Positions 33,810 to 41,976 of a stretch of DNA of 63,865 nucleotides are shown piece by piece (the first letter of the stretch is position 1; each line of letters begins with the position of its first letter). The stretch spans positions 1 through 63,865 of the forward strand of contig JBLMWT010000143.1 in the NCBI GenBank assembly GCA_050257375.1, given 5' to 3'. The stretch is from Sphingomonadaceae bacterium. GTDB lineage: Bacteria; Pseudomonadota; Gammaproteobacteria; Burkholderiales; SG8-39. The notes below the pieces were generated by a model. It did no database searches. It saw nothing but the letters and a program-made list of their open reading frames with translations, and was not told the DNA's origin. The translations under genes were made by a program, and so were the position numbers.

Positions 33810-33844
33810 TTATCCACAAAAGTTGTGGATAAGTTTGTGGATTT
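33810..33844. promoter_or_regulatory. cluster of three DnaA boxes
   Basis: TTATCCACA (33810-33818, perfect consensus), TGTGGATAA (33824-33832, perfect, inverted) and TGTGGATTT (33836-33844, 7/9, same orientation as the second). Confidence 0.65.
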
Positions 33845-34000
33845 TCTCTTAGCAGTCCGCGACGCCAGTCTGCCGTTGTGTGCAAAGTCGCCTGCGATCA
33901 ATTTTTGAGCAGCATTTTTCGCCGCCGATACAGCGCGTTAGAAAAAAGAATCGGCCTCCGCACGCTCTGGCACCTGCGCGGCGTGCCGGCCGCAGCAGGA

Positions 34001-34009
34001 TGTGGATAG
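34001..34009 (-). promoter_or_regulatory. additional near-consensus DnaA box
   Basis: TGTGGATAG is the reverse complement of CTATCCACA (8/9). Sits at the upstream edge of the xseA ORF. Confidence 0.4.
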
Positions 34010-35270
34010 GTGTAAGCTCCCGCTCACCTTCGGAAGCGCCCTCATGCAGCGAAATATTGGCGACGCGATGCTCTCCTCCGACGGCGCGCAGACCGTCAGC
34101 GTTTCCGAGCTGCTGCGCAGCGTGCGCGATGTGCTCGAGCACCGCTTTCCCCTGACTTGGGTGGCAGGAGAGATTTCCAACCTCACGCGCGCCGCCTCGG
34201 GACACTATTACTTCACGCTCAAGGACAACGCGGCGCAGGTCGACTGCGTGATGTTCCGCGGGCGCGCCACCGCGCTCGACTGGGTGCCGCAGGACGGCAT
34301 GCGCGTCGAGGCGCGCTCGCTGGTGACGCTCTACGAGCCGCGCGGGCGCTTCCAGCTCAATGTCGAGACCCTGCGGCGCGCGGGCCTCGGCCCCCTGTAC
34401 GAGCGCTTTCTCAGGCTCAAGGAGAAGCTCGCGCGCGAGGGCCTGTTCGACGCGGCGGCGAAGCGCGCGCCGCCCGCGCATCCGCGCGCGATCGGCGTGG
34501 TGACCTCGCTCGGCGCGGCCGCGCTGCGCGACGTGCTCACCACGCTCGCGCGGCGCAATCCGACGATTCCGGTCATCGTGTACCCGGTCCCGGTGCAGGG
34601 CGAAGGCGCGGCGGCGCGCATCGCCGCGATGCTCGCGCGCGCCGGCGAGCGCGCCGAGTGCGACGTCCTGTTGCTGGTGCGTGGCGGGGGATCGCTCGAG
34701 GACCTGTGGCAGTTCAACGAAGAGTCGGTGGCGCGCGCGATCCGCGCCTCGCCGATCCCGGTGCTGGTCGGCGTCGGGCACGAGACCGACTTCACGATCG
34801 CCGATTTCGCGGCCGACCGGCGCGCAGCGACGCCGACCGCAGCGGCCGAGATGGCGAGCCCGCCGCGTGCCGAGCTGCTCGAGCGCGTCGCCGGGCTCGC
34901 GCTGCGCGCCTCGCGCGAGGCGCGCCGGCGCATCGAGTACGCCATGCAGACGGTCGACGGCCTCGCGCGCCGCCTGGTGCACCCCGCCGAGCGCATCCGC
35001 GCGTCGCGCCGGCTGCTCGCGCAGCTCGGCGCGCGCCTCGCCTCTGCCGCAGCGCGCAGCCTGGACGCGGCGCGCTACCGGGTGGAGCACCTGCGCTCTG
35101 CGCTCGCCGGCCTCGATCCGAATGCGGTGCTCGCGCGCGGCTACAGCATCACGCGCAACGCCGCGGGCGAGGTGCTGCGCGATGCCGCGCGCGTGACCGA
35201 GGGCGAGCGCCTGGTCACCACGCTGAGCCGGGGCTGGATCGAGAGCGAGGCGAAGCGCAAGGGTCCGTAA
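34002..35270 (+). CDS. xseA: exodeoxyribonuclease VII large subunit
   Basis: VSVSELLRSVRDVLEHRFPLTWVAGEISNL... (OB fold) and central catalytic region. The true start is likely ATG 34044 or 34068. Confidence 0.9.
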   Translation: MDRCKLPLTFGSALMQRNIGDAMLSSDGAQTVSVSELLRSVRDVLEHRFPLTWVAGEISNLTRAASGHYYFTLKDNAAQVDCVMFRGRATALDWVPQDGMRVEARSLVTLYEPRGRFQLNVETLRRAGLGPLYERFLRLKEKLAREGLFDAAAKRAPPAHPRAIGVVTSLGAAALRDVLTTLARRNPTIPVIVYPVPVQGEGAAARIAAMLARAGERAECDVLLLVRGGGSLEDLWQFNEESVARAIRASPIPVLVGVGHETDFTIADFAADRRAATPTAAAEMASPPRAELLERVAGLALRASREARRRIEYAMQTVDGLARRLVHPAERIRASRRLLAQLGARLASAAARSLDAARYRVEHLRSALAGLDPNAVLARGYSITRNAAGEVLRDAARVTEGERLVTTLSRGWIESEAKRKGP

Positions 35271-35285
35271 GGCCGCGATGCGATA

Positions 35286-35852
35286 ATGCGCGCCATGGCG
35301 CACCGCCTGTCCAAGATCGCGACGCGCACCGGAGACGCCGGCGAGACCGGGCTCGGCGATGGCACGCGCGTGCCGAAGGACAGCCCGCGCGTGCAGGCGC
35401 TCGGCGACGTCGACGAGCTCAACTCCGCGCTCGGCCTGCTGCTCGCCGAGGAAGTCCCCGGAGCCATGCGCGCAGCGCTTGAGCAGGTGCAGCAGGACCT
35501 GCTCGATCTGGGCGGCGAAGCGAGCATTCCGGGCCATCGGTTGATGCGCGAGGCACAGGTTGCGCGCCTGGACGCGTTGCTCGAGGACTGGAACCGGGAC
35601 TTGCCGCCCCTCAAGGAATTCGTCCTGCCCGGCGGCTCGCGCGCCGCCGCGGCCGCACACCTGGCGCGCACGGTGTGCCGCCGCGCCGAGCGCAGCCTCG
35701 TTGCGCTCGGCCGGCGCGAAACGGTGAGCGAGCACGCACGCCGCTACCTGAACCGCCTCTCCGACCTGCTGTTCGTGGGCGCTCGGCTGCTCAACCGTCA
35801 TGCCGGACGCCCGGACGTCATGTGGCGTCACGACCGAACGCAGGACCGCTGA
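35286..35852 (+). CDS. PduO-type ATP:cob(I)alamin adenosyltransferase
   Basis: SKIATRTGDAGETGLGDGTRV.K...V.ALGDVDELNS motif. Confidence 0.85.
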   Translation: MRAMAHRLSKIATRTGDAGETGLGDGTRVPKDSPRVQALGDVDELNSALGLLLAEEVPGAMRAALEQVQQDLLDLGGEASIPGHRLMREAQVARLDALLEDWNRDLPPLKEFVLPGGSRAAAAAHLARTVCRRAERSLVALGRRETVSEHARRYLNRLSDLLFVGARLLNRHAGRPDVMWRHDRTQDR

Positions 35853-36556
35853 TGCGCGCGCTCGTATTCGACGTGTTCGGCACGGTCGTCGACTGGCGCG
35901 GCTCAATCATCGCCGAGGGCCGCACGCTCGGGCGCGAGAAAGGGCTGCGCGTGAGCTGGCCCGCGTTCGCGGACGCCTGGCGCGCCGGCTACCGCCCGGC
36001 GATGGCGCGGGTGCGCTCGGGCGAGCTGCCCTGGACGCCGATCGACGCGCTGCACCGTATGATTCTGGACGAGCTGTTGCAGCGCTTCCGCATGACCGGC
36101 CTCACGGAGCAGGAGATCGATCACTTCAACCGTGCCTGGCACCGGCTCAAGCCCTGGCGCGACGTGCGCTCCGGGCTGCGCCGCCTGAAGCAATCCCACA
36201 TCATCGCGCCGCTTTCCAACGGCAACCTGGCGCTGCTGACCAACATGGCCAAGCACTCCGGCCTGCCGTGGGACTGCGTGCTGTCGGCCGAGCTGTTCCG
36301 GCATTACAAGCCCGACCCGGAAACTTACCGGGGCGCGGCGCAGCTTCTCGGCCTGCCGGAGCACGAGGTGATGATGGTGGCCGCGCACAAGGACGATCTG
36401 TTCGCGGCGAAGTCCTGCGGCCTGCGCACGGCGTTCGTGCCGCGCCCGCTCGAGCACGGCCCCAAGGCGCGCGTGGACGTCTCGCCCGAGCCGGCGTTCG
36501 ACGTCAACGCGCGCGATTTCAACGATCTCGCCGACCAGCTGGCCGCGCGAGCCTGA
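35852..36556 (+). CDS. haloacid dehalogenase type II-like HAD hydrolase
   Basis: ATG 35852 overlaps the upstream stop (TGATG). MRALVFDVFGTVVDW nucleophile motif, ...SNGN... and YKPDPETY. Confidence 0.8.
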   Translation: MRALVFDVFGTVVDWRGSIIAEGRTLGREKGLRVSWPAFADAWRAGYRPAMARVRSGELPWTPIDALHRMILDELLQRFRMTGLTEQEIDHFNRAWHRLKPWRDVRSGLRRLKQSHIIAPLSNGNLALLTNMAKHSGLPWDCVLSAELFRHYKPDPETYRGAAQLLGLPEHEVMMVAAHKDDLFAAKSCGLRTAFVPRPLEHGPKARVDVSPEPAFDVNARDFNDLADQLAARA

Positions 36557-36570
36557 CCCGGAGAATCCCC

Positions 36571-36978
36571 ATGGCGGACATCAAGATCAGCAGCGTCGAG
36601 GCGCTCGGGCGGCCGCTCGGCCAGTATTCGCACATGACGCGCGTGAAGGCCGCCGAGTACCTGTTCATCGCCGGCATGCTCGCCTCGGACAGGGCCGGCA
36701 ACGTGGTCGGCAAGGACGATTTCGACGCCCAATGCGCGCAGGTGTTCGGCAACATCGCCGCCGCGCTCGAGTCGGCGGGCGCGGGCTGGGCCAACGTGGT
36801 GCAATTCACCACTTATCTGGTGCACTCGCAGGACATCGCGCGCTTCATGGCCTTCAGGCAGAAAGCGTTCCCCCGCATGTTTTCGAACGGCGTGTATCCG
36901 CCCAATACTTTGTTGATCGTGGACCGACTCGTGCAGGAGCCCTTCCTCGTCGAGGTCCAGACCGTCGCCGCGCTATAG
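36571..36978 (+). CDS. RidA/YjgF/Endoribonuclease L-PSP family protein
   Basis: ATG 36571 with GGAGA RBS. 135 aa with typical RidA-fold sequence (...AGMLASD..G.VVG.DDF.AQ..QVF.NI...). Confidence 0.8.
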   Translation: MADIKISSVEALGRPLGQYSHMTRVKAAEYLFIAGMLASDRAGNVVGKDDFDAQCAQVFGNIAAALESAGAGWANVVQFTTYLVHSQDIARFMAFRQKAFPRMFSNGVYPPNTLLIVDRLVQEPFLVEVQTVAAL

Positions 36979-36997
36979 CCTCTCGGGAAGCACCGCC

Positions 36998-37198
36998 ATG
37001 CAACGCCTGCTGATCGCGATCGGCGTGCTCCTGGTGGCGGTCGGCCTCGCGTGGCCGTGGATCTCCAGGCTCGGGCTCGGCCGGCTGCCAGGCGACATCC
37101 ACATCCACCGCGACGGCTTCGACTTCTATTTCCCGCTGACCACGGGCATCGTCATTTCGGTCGTCGTCTCGCTCGTGCTCTGGCTGCTGCGCAAGTGA
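36998..37198 (+). CDS. DUF2905 family small membrane protein
   Basis: 66 aa; LPGDIHIHRDGFDFYFPLTT motif flanked by two TM segments. Confidence 0.7.
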   Translation: MQRLLIAIGVLLVAVGLAWPWISRLGLGRLPGDIHIHRDGFDFYFPLTTGIVISVVVSLVLWLLRK

Positions 37199-37246
37199 CT
37201 TGATCAAAATCAAACGCGTGCCGCGGGCGCATGCAAGACTCGCCGC

Positions 37247-37663
37247 ATGGGCGCCCGTTGGGAGCATTTCGAGCACGGCGCCGATGTCGGCGTGCGCGGA
37301 TTCGGCGCGAGCAAGAGCGAGGCCTTCGAGCAGGCCGCGCTCGCGCTCACCGCGGTGATCACCGAGCCCGCCGGGGTCGAGCCGCGCGAGACGGTCGCGA
37401 TCGAGTGCGAGGCGCCGGACGACGAGCTGCTATTCGCCGAATGGCTGAACGCATTGATCTACGAGATGGCGACGCGCAGGATGCTCTTCAGCCATTTCGC
37501 GGTGCGCATCGACGGGACCCGGCTGCGCGCCGAAGCGCGCGGCGAGCCCATCGACGTGGCGCGCCATCATCCGGCGGTCGAGGCCAAGGGTGCCACCTAC
37601 ACCGCGCTGCGCGTGGTGCCCGAGGGCGATGAGTGGATCGCACAGACGGTCGTGGACGTTTGA
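37247..37663 (+). CDS. archease (RtcB activator family)
   Basis: 138 aa; WEHFEHGADVGVRGFG...KGATY pattern of archease. Ends 3 nt before rtcB. Confidence 0.85.
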   Translation: MGARWEHFEHGADVGVRGFGASKSEAFEQAALALTAVITEPAGVEPRETVAIECEAPDDELLFAEWLNALIYEMATRRMLFSHFAVRIDGTRLRAEARGEPIDVARHHPAVEAKGATYTALRVVPEGDEWIAQTVVDV

Positions 37664-37666
37664 GCC

Positions 37667-39097
37667 ATGGACATCAATCTCCTCAAGCAGCGCTCCGATT
37701 ACGAGTGGGAGATCCCGCAGCAAGGCACGATGCGCGTGCCGGCGGTGATCTACGCCGACGAATCGCTGGTGCGCGAAATGGACCGCAAGGTGTACGAGCA
37801 GGCGGTCAACGTGGCCACGCTGCCCGGCATCGTCAAGGCTTCCTACGCCATGCCCGACGCGCACTGGGGCTACGGCTTCCCGATCGGCGGCGTGGCTGCC
37901 TTCGACCCCGAGCAGGGCGGCGTGGTCTCGGCCGGGGGCGTCGGCTTCGACATTTCCTGCGGCGTGCGCTGCCTGCACACGGGGCTCGCGCGCGGCGACG
38001 TCATGCCGGTGCAGAAGGCGCTCGCCGAGGCGCTCTACTACCGCATTCCCGCGGGCGTCGGCAGCACCGGCGCGATCCGCCTGAACGACTCCGAGATGGA
38101 CGCCATGCTCGCCGGAGGCGCGCGCTGGGCGGTCGAGCGCGGCTGGGGAGACGCCGCCGACCTCGAACGCATCGAGGAGCACGGCAGGATGAGCGGCGCC
38201 AAGCCCGGCAACGTCTCGCAGCACGCGAAGAGGCGACAGCGCGACGAAATGGGCACGCTCGGCAGCGGCAACCATTATCTCGAAGTGCAGGAGGTGACGG
38301 CGGTCTACGACGCGGCGATCGCCGGGGTTTTCGGGCTGACGCAGGGCGACATCGTGGTGATGATCCACTGCGGCTCGCGCGGGCTCGGCCACCAGATCGG
38401 AACCGAGTACCTGAAGCGCATGGCGATCGCCGCGCGGCAGCACGGCATCGCGCTGCCCGACCGCGAGCTCGCCTGCGCGCCGATCCGCTCCGCGGTCGGC
38501 GAGGAGTACCTCGGCGCGATGCGCGCCGCGATCAACTGCGCGCTCGCCAACCGCGAGATCCTCACGCACCTGGTGCGCAAGGTGTTCGCCGACCTGCTGC
38601 CGCAGGCGCGCCTGCCGCTGCTCTACGACGTCTCGCACAACACCTGCAAGGTCGAGGAGCACCGCAGCGACGGCGGCAAGCGGCAGCTGTACGTGCACCG
38701 CAAGGGCGCGACGCGCGCGTTCGGCCCGGGACACCCCGACGTGCCGGAGCCGCTGCGCGCGGCCGGTCAGCCAGTGCTGATCGGCGGCTCGATGGGCACC
38801 GGCTCGTACGTGCTGGCGGGCACCGCTGCCTCCGAGTCGCTCGCGTTCAGCTCCGCCTGCCACGGCGCGGGCCGGGCGATGAGCCGGCACGAAGCGCTGC
38901 GCAGGTGGAAGGGGCGCCAGGTGATCGATGATCTCGCGACGCACGGCATCCTCATCAAGAGCCCGTCGATGCGCGGCGTCGCCGAAGAGGCGCCGGAAGC
39001 CTACAAGGACGTGTCGGCCGTCGTCGATGCAGCGGACGCGGCCGGCCTGGCGAAAAAAGTCGCGCGCGTCGAGCCCCTGGTGTGCATCAAGGGCTAG
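37667..39097 (+). CDS. rtcB: RNA 3'-phosphate ligase RtcB
   Basis: 476 aa; MPDAHWGYGFPIGGVAA, GSGNHYLEVQ, HCGSRGLGHQ and HNTC motifs. Confidence 0.95.
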   Translation: MDINLLKQRSDYEWEIPQQGTMRVPAVIYADESLVREMDRKVYEQAVNVATLPGIVKASYAMPDAHWGYGFPIGGVAAFDPEQGGVVSAGGVGFDISCGVRCLHTGLARGDVMPVQKALAEALYYRIPAGVGSTGAIRLNDSEMDAMLAGGARWAVERGWGDAADLERIEEHGRMSGAKPGNVSQHAKRRQRDEMGTLGSGNHYLEVQEVTAVYDAAIAGVFGLTQGDIVVMIHCGSRGLGHQIGTEYLKRMAIAARQHGIALPDRELACAPIRSAVGEEYLGAMRAAINCALANREILTHLVRKVFADLLPQARLPLLYDVSHNTCKVEEHRSDGGKRQLYVHRKGATRAFGPGHPDVPEPLRAAGQPVLIGGSMGTGSYVLAGTAASESLAFSSACHGAGRAMSRHEALRRWKGRQVIDDLATHGILIKSPSMRGVAEEAPEAYKDVSAVVDAADAAGLAKKVARVEPLVCIKG

Positions 39098-40209
39098 ATT
39101 CCACGTCCGCCGTGAAGCTCTTCCTGTGTGGAGACGTCATGACCGGGCGCGGCATCGACCAGATCCTGCCGCACCCGGGCGCACCGCAGTTGTACGAGCC
39201 GTACGTCGACTCGGCGCTCGAGTACGTGGCGCTCGCGGAGCGCACCGGCGGACCGATCGCCCGGCCCGTGGAGCCCGCCTATATCTGGGGCGAGGCCCTC
39301 GCCGCGCTCGAGCGGGCCGGGCCGCAAGCGCGCATCGTCAATCTAGAGACGGCGGTGACGGTCTCCGAGGACGCCTGGCCGGCGAAGGGCATCCATTATC
39401 GGATGCACCCGGCCAACGTCGCGTGCCTGAGCGCCGCGAGCATCGACTGCTGCGTGCTCGCGAACAATCACGTGCTCGATTGGGGCCGCCGCGGGCTCGT
39501 CGAAACGCTCGACGCGCTGCACGCGGCGGGAATGCGTACTGCCGGCGCGGGCCGCGACGAGGACGATGCCTGCGCGCCGGCGGAAATCCCGCTCGCGGGC
39601 GGCTCGCGCATCCTGGTGTTCGCCTACGGCATGGAGAGTTCCGGCGTCCCGCCCGACTGGGCGGCGGGCGAGACGCGCGCCGGCGTCGCGTTCCTGCCGG
39701 ACCTGTCCGCGGGCAGCGCGCACGCCGTGGTGCACCGCGTGCGCGCAGCAAAGCGCGTGGGCGATCTCGCGCTGGTGTCGCTGCATTGGGGCGGCAACTG
39801 GGGCTATGAGATCGCGCGCGCCGAGCGCGCGTTTGCGCATGCCCTGATCGACGCGGGCGTGGACCTCGTGCACGGCCATTCCTCGCACCATCCCAAGGGC
39901 CTCGAAGTCTATGGCGACAGGCTCATCCTGTACGGCTGCGGGGATTTCCTGAACGATTACGAGGGCATCGGTGGCTACGGTGCGTTCCGCGCCGAGCTCA
40001 CGCTGATGTATCTGCCGACGCTGGAGGCCGGGTCCGGCCGGCTGCTCGGCATGGAACTCGTGCCGATGAGGATCCGGCGCCTGCGCCTGGAGCGCGCGTC
40101 CGTGGCGGACGCGCGCTGGCTCGAGGCGATGCTCGACCGGGAAGGAAAGAAGCTCGGCACGCGCGTCGAGCGCAGCGTCAGCGGCGGCCTGACATTGCAC
40201 TGGAACTGA
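39082..40209 (+). CDS. CapA/PGA_cap family metallophosphoesterase-like protein
   Basis: KLFLCGDVMTGRGIDQ..., ANNHVLDWG and HWGGNWGYE motifs. Start is ATG 39082 (16-nt overlap with rtcB) or GTG 39112. Confidence 0.8.
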   Translation: MHQGLDSTSAVKLFLCGDVMTGRGIDQILPHPGAPQLYEPYVDSALEYVALAERTGGPIARPVEPAYIWGEALAALERAGPQARIVNLETAVTVSEDAWPAKGIHYRMHPANVACLSAASIDCCVLANNHVLDWGRRGLVETLDALHAAGMRTAGAGRDEDDACAPAEIPLAGGSRILVFAYGMESSGVPPDWAAGETRAGVAFLPDLSAGSAHAVVHRVRAAKRVGDLALVSLHWGGNWGYEIARAERAFAHALIDAGVDLVHGHSSHHPKGLEVYGDRLILYGCGDFLNDYEGIGGYGAFRAELTLMYLPTLEAGSGRLLGMELVPMRIRRLRLERASVADARWLEAMLDREGKKLGTRVERSVSGGLTLHWN

Positions 40210-40258
40210 ATTCGGACCGGCCAACGCGGTCAAATCTGGACCAAACGGGAGAAATAAC

Positions 40259-40624
40259 ATGCGTGCACGATTGATCCTGTGGCTCATCCCGCTCTCGATC
40301 CTGCTCATCGGCACCGCCCAGGCAGCCGAAATCGCCATCGTTCAGCCTGCGAACGAGGAAACGATCCATAGCAACCAGGGCGATCTCACGGTGCAGGTGG
40401 CGGTTTCGGGCGGCGCGCCCGACGGCAGCGTGCAGCTCGTGCTGGACGGGGCCGTTCTGCCGCACAGCTATCGCGCGAACGTCATCGAGCTGATCGGCAT
40501 CGACCGCGGCACGCACACCCTGCAAGCGATGCTGCTCGACGCGAAAGGCGAGCGGCTCGCCGCCTCGCAACCGGTCACCTTCTACATGTGGCACGCCTCG
40601 CGCCTGTTTCCCAGCCACAAGTGA
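40259..40624 (+). CDS. small secreted hypothetical protein
   Basis: Signal peptide MRARLILWLIPLSILLIGTAQA-AE; 121 aa, beta-rich. No family recognised. Confidence 0.5.
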   Translation: MRARLILWLIPLSILLIGTAQAAEIAIVQPANEETIHSNQGDLTVQVAVSGGAPDGSVQLVLDGAVLPHSYRANVIELIGIDRGTHTLQAMLLDAKGERLAASQPVTFYMWHASRLFPSHK

Positions 40625-40642
40625 GCGCGCCGCAGGCTCCGC

Positions 40643-41179
40643 TCACGCCTCGGCGGCCGGTCCCCGCTCCGCGATCAGGTTCAGCAGCCGCGTGCTCGTC
40701 GTGCGCAAACGCTGCGACAGCATCAGGACCAGCTCCATCAGGATCTTGGAGCCGAGCAGCGGCTGCTCGACGATGATGCGAGCCAATCGGTCGCGGTCGA
40801 GCACGGCGAGCGTGGTCGCCTCGGTCGCGACGCAGGTGGCGAAGCGCGGCTCGCCGTCCAGCATCGACATTTCCCCCAGCGTCCGCCCTGCGTCGGCCAC
40901 GGCGATCACCTGCTGTCGGTTTTGCGCGTCGCGCTTGAGCACGTCGACGCGGCCTTCGAGCACGAGCAGCATGAAGTCGCCGCCGTCGCCTTCCTGGATC
41001 ACCTCGGCGCCGGCGCCGGCGCGATACACGTCCATGAAATGCGCCAGCGTGCGCACCTCGGAGGCGGAGAAATTCTCCAGCATGCGGCAGCGCGGAATCA
41101 GCACGTGGATCTGATTCGCGTACTGGGTTGCGTCGCCGAGGTACTCCAGGTGCGCGAGCTGCTTGGGGCGTTCGGCCAT
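40643..41179 (-). CDS. stand-alone cyclic-nucleotide-binding domain protein
   Basis: ATG 41179 lies inside ORF 40643..42034. cNMP-binding fold (...EVIQEGDGGDFMLLVLEGRVDV...GRTLGEMSMLDGEPRFATCVA). Confidence 0.8.
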   Translation of the reverse strand: MAERPKQLAHLEYLGDATQYANQIHVLIPRCRMLENFSASEVRTLAHFMDVYRAGAGAEVIQEGDGGDFMLLVLEGRVDVLKRDAQNRQQVIAVADAGRTLGEMSMLDGEPRFATCVATEATTLAVLDRDRLARIIVEQPLLGSKILMELVLMLSQRLRTTSTRLLNLIAERGPAAEA

Positions 41180-41220
41180 ATCGCGGACGGGGTCTGATCT
41201 CGCCGCATTATGCCGCGACT

Positions 41221-41976
41221 TTAGCCCGCCGCGGCGCGCGCAAGCAGCGAGATGCCGGACACGACGAGCAGCACGTACAGGATCCGCACCACGGCCACGG
41301 CCGGCACCGCTGTGTGCAGCCGGTTGCCGATCGCAAAGCCGCCGAGCAGCGCCGGGACGAGCATCAGGGCAAAGCCTATCAGGCCGTCCTGGGAGAGAAG
41401 TCCGGTGGCGCCGAACAGCACCGCGCGCACTACCGAGGACAGCATGATCGTCGCCGCATTGGTGGCGCGTAGCTCGGCTTTGTCGCGGATGCGGCCGCTG
41501 TTGTAGATCGCGTACAGCACGCCTCCGGTGCCGAACAGCGCCGAGAGCGCGCCCCCGGCGAGGCCGATCGGCGCGCTCCACGCGCGCGCAAGCTGCAAGG
41601 GCGCGCCACGGCGCGCCAGTCCATAGGCCGAGTACGCGAGAACGAATGCGCCGAGCGCGGCGAGCAGCCCTTGCTCGGGGAGCGCGATGAGCAGCGTCAG
41701 GCCGAGCGCCATGCCCGCGAGCATGAACGGCACCAGCCACGCGGCCTCGGAGTAGCGAATGCGGCGCCGAAAGCGCGCACCGAAGAGGGTGAATGCCGTG
41801 AGGTCGAGCAACATCATCATCGGCACGGCGAACCGGAGGGGTAGCAGCTGCGCGAGCAGCGGCAGGGCCACCACGGTGGAGCCGAAGCCCGTCAGTCCGT
41901 AGACCGCATAGGCGCCCGTCACGATCAGCGCCGAAAGGCCGATCGTTGCGGGCGAGAACGTCTCCAGGGCGATCAG
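41221..41976 (-). CDS. TauE/SafE family membrane transporter (start uncertain)
   Basis: Polytopic; GLTGFGSTVVALPLL and ALFGTGGVLYAIY motifs. There is no ATG/GTG/TTG at the conserved N-terminus. CTG 41976 overlaps the aroG stop (CTGA). Confidence 0.7.
   Translation of the reverse strand: MIALETFSPATIGLSALIVTGAYAVYGLTGFGSTVVALPLLAQLLPLRFAVPMMMLLDLTAFTLFGARFRRRIRYSEAAWLVPFMLAGMALGLTLLIALPEQGLLAALGAFVLAYSAYGLARRGAPLQLARAWSAPIGLAGGALSALFGTGGVLYAIYNSGRIRDKAELRATNAATIMLSSVVRAVLFGATGLLSQDGLIGFALMLVPALLGGFAIGNRLHTAVPAVAVVRILYVLLVVSGISLLARAAAG

Noticed and set aside
33810-34009. The DnaA-box cluster as the chromosomal replication origin (oriC)
   Set aside because: There are only three to four boxes. 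There are no repeated 13-mer-type unwinding elements, only one loosely similar GATCAATTTTTGA. No dnaA/dnaN/gidA/parAB-type neighbours are present. Gene orientation flips again within 7 kb on either side. A DARS-like or regulatory site is more parsimonious, but GC-skew on the full replicon should decide.
37150-37246. Sigma54 (-24 GG / -12 GC) promoter upstream of archease-rtcB, as in E. coli rtcBA
   Set aside because: No TGGCAC-N5-TTGC-like element with correct GG-N10-GC spacing is visible. No rtcR-like activator gene is in the window.
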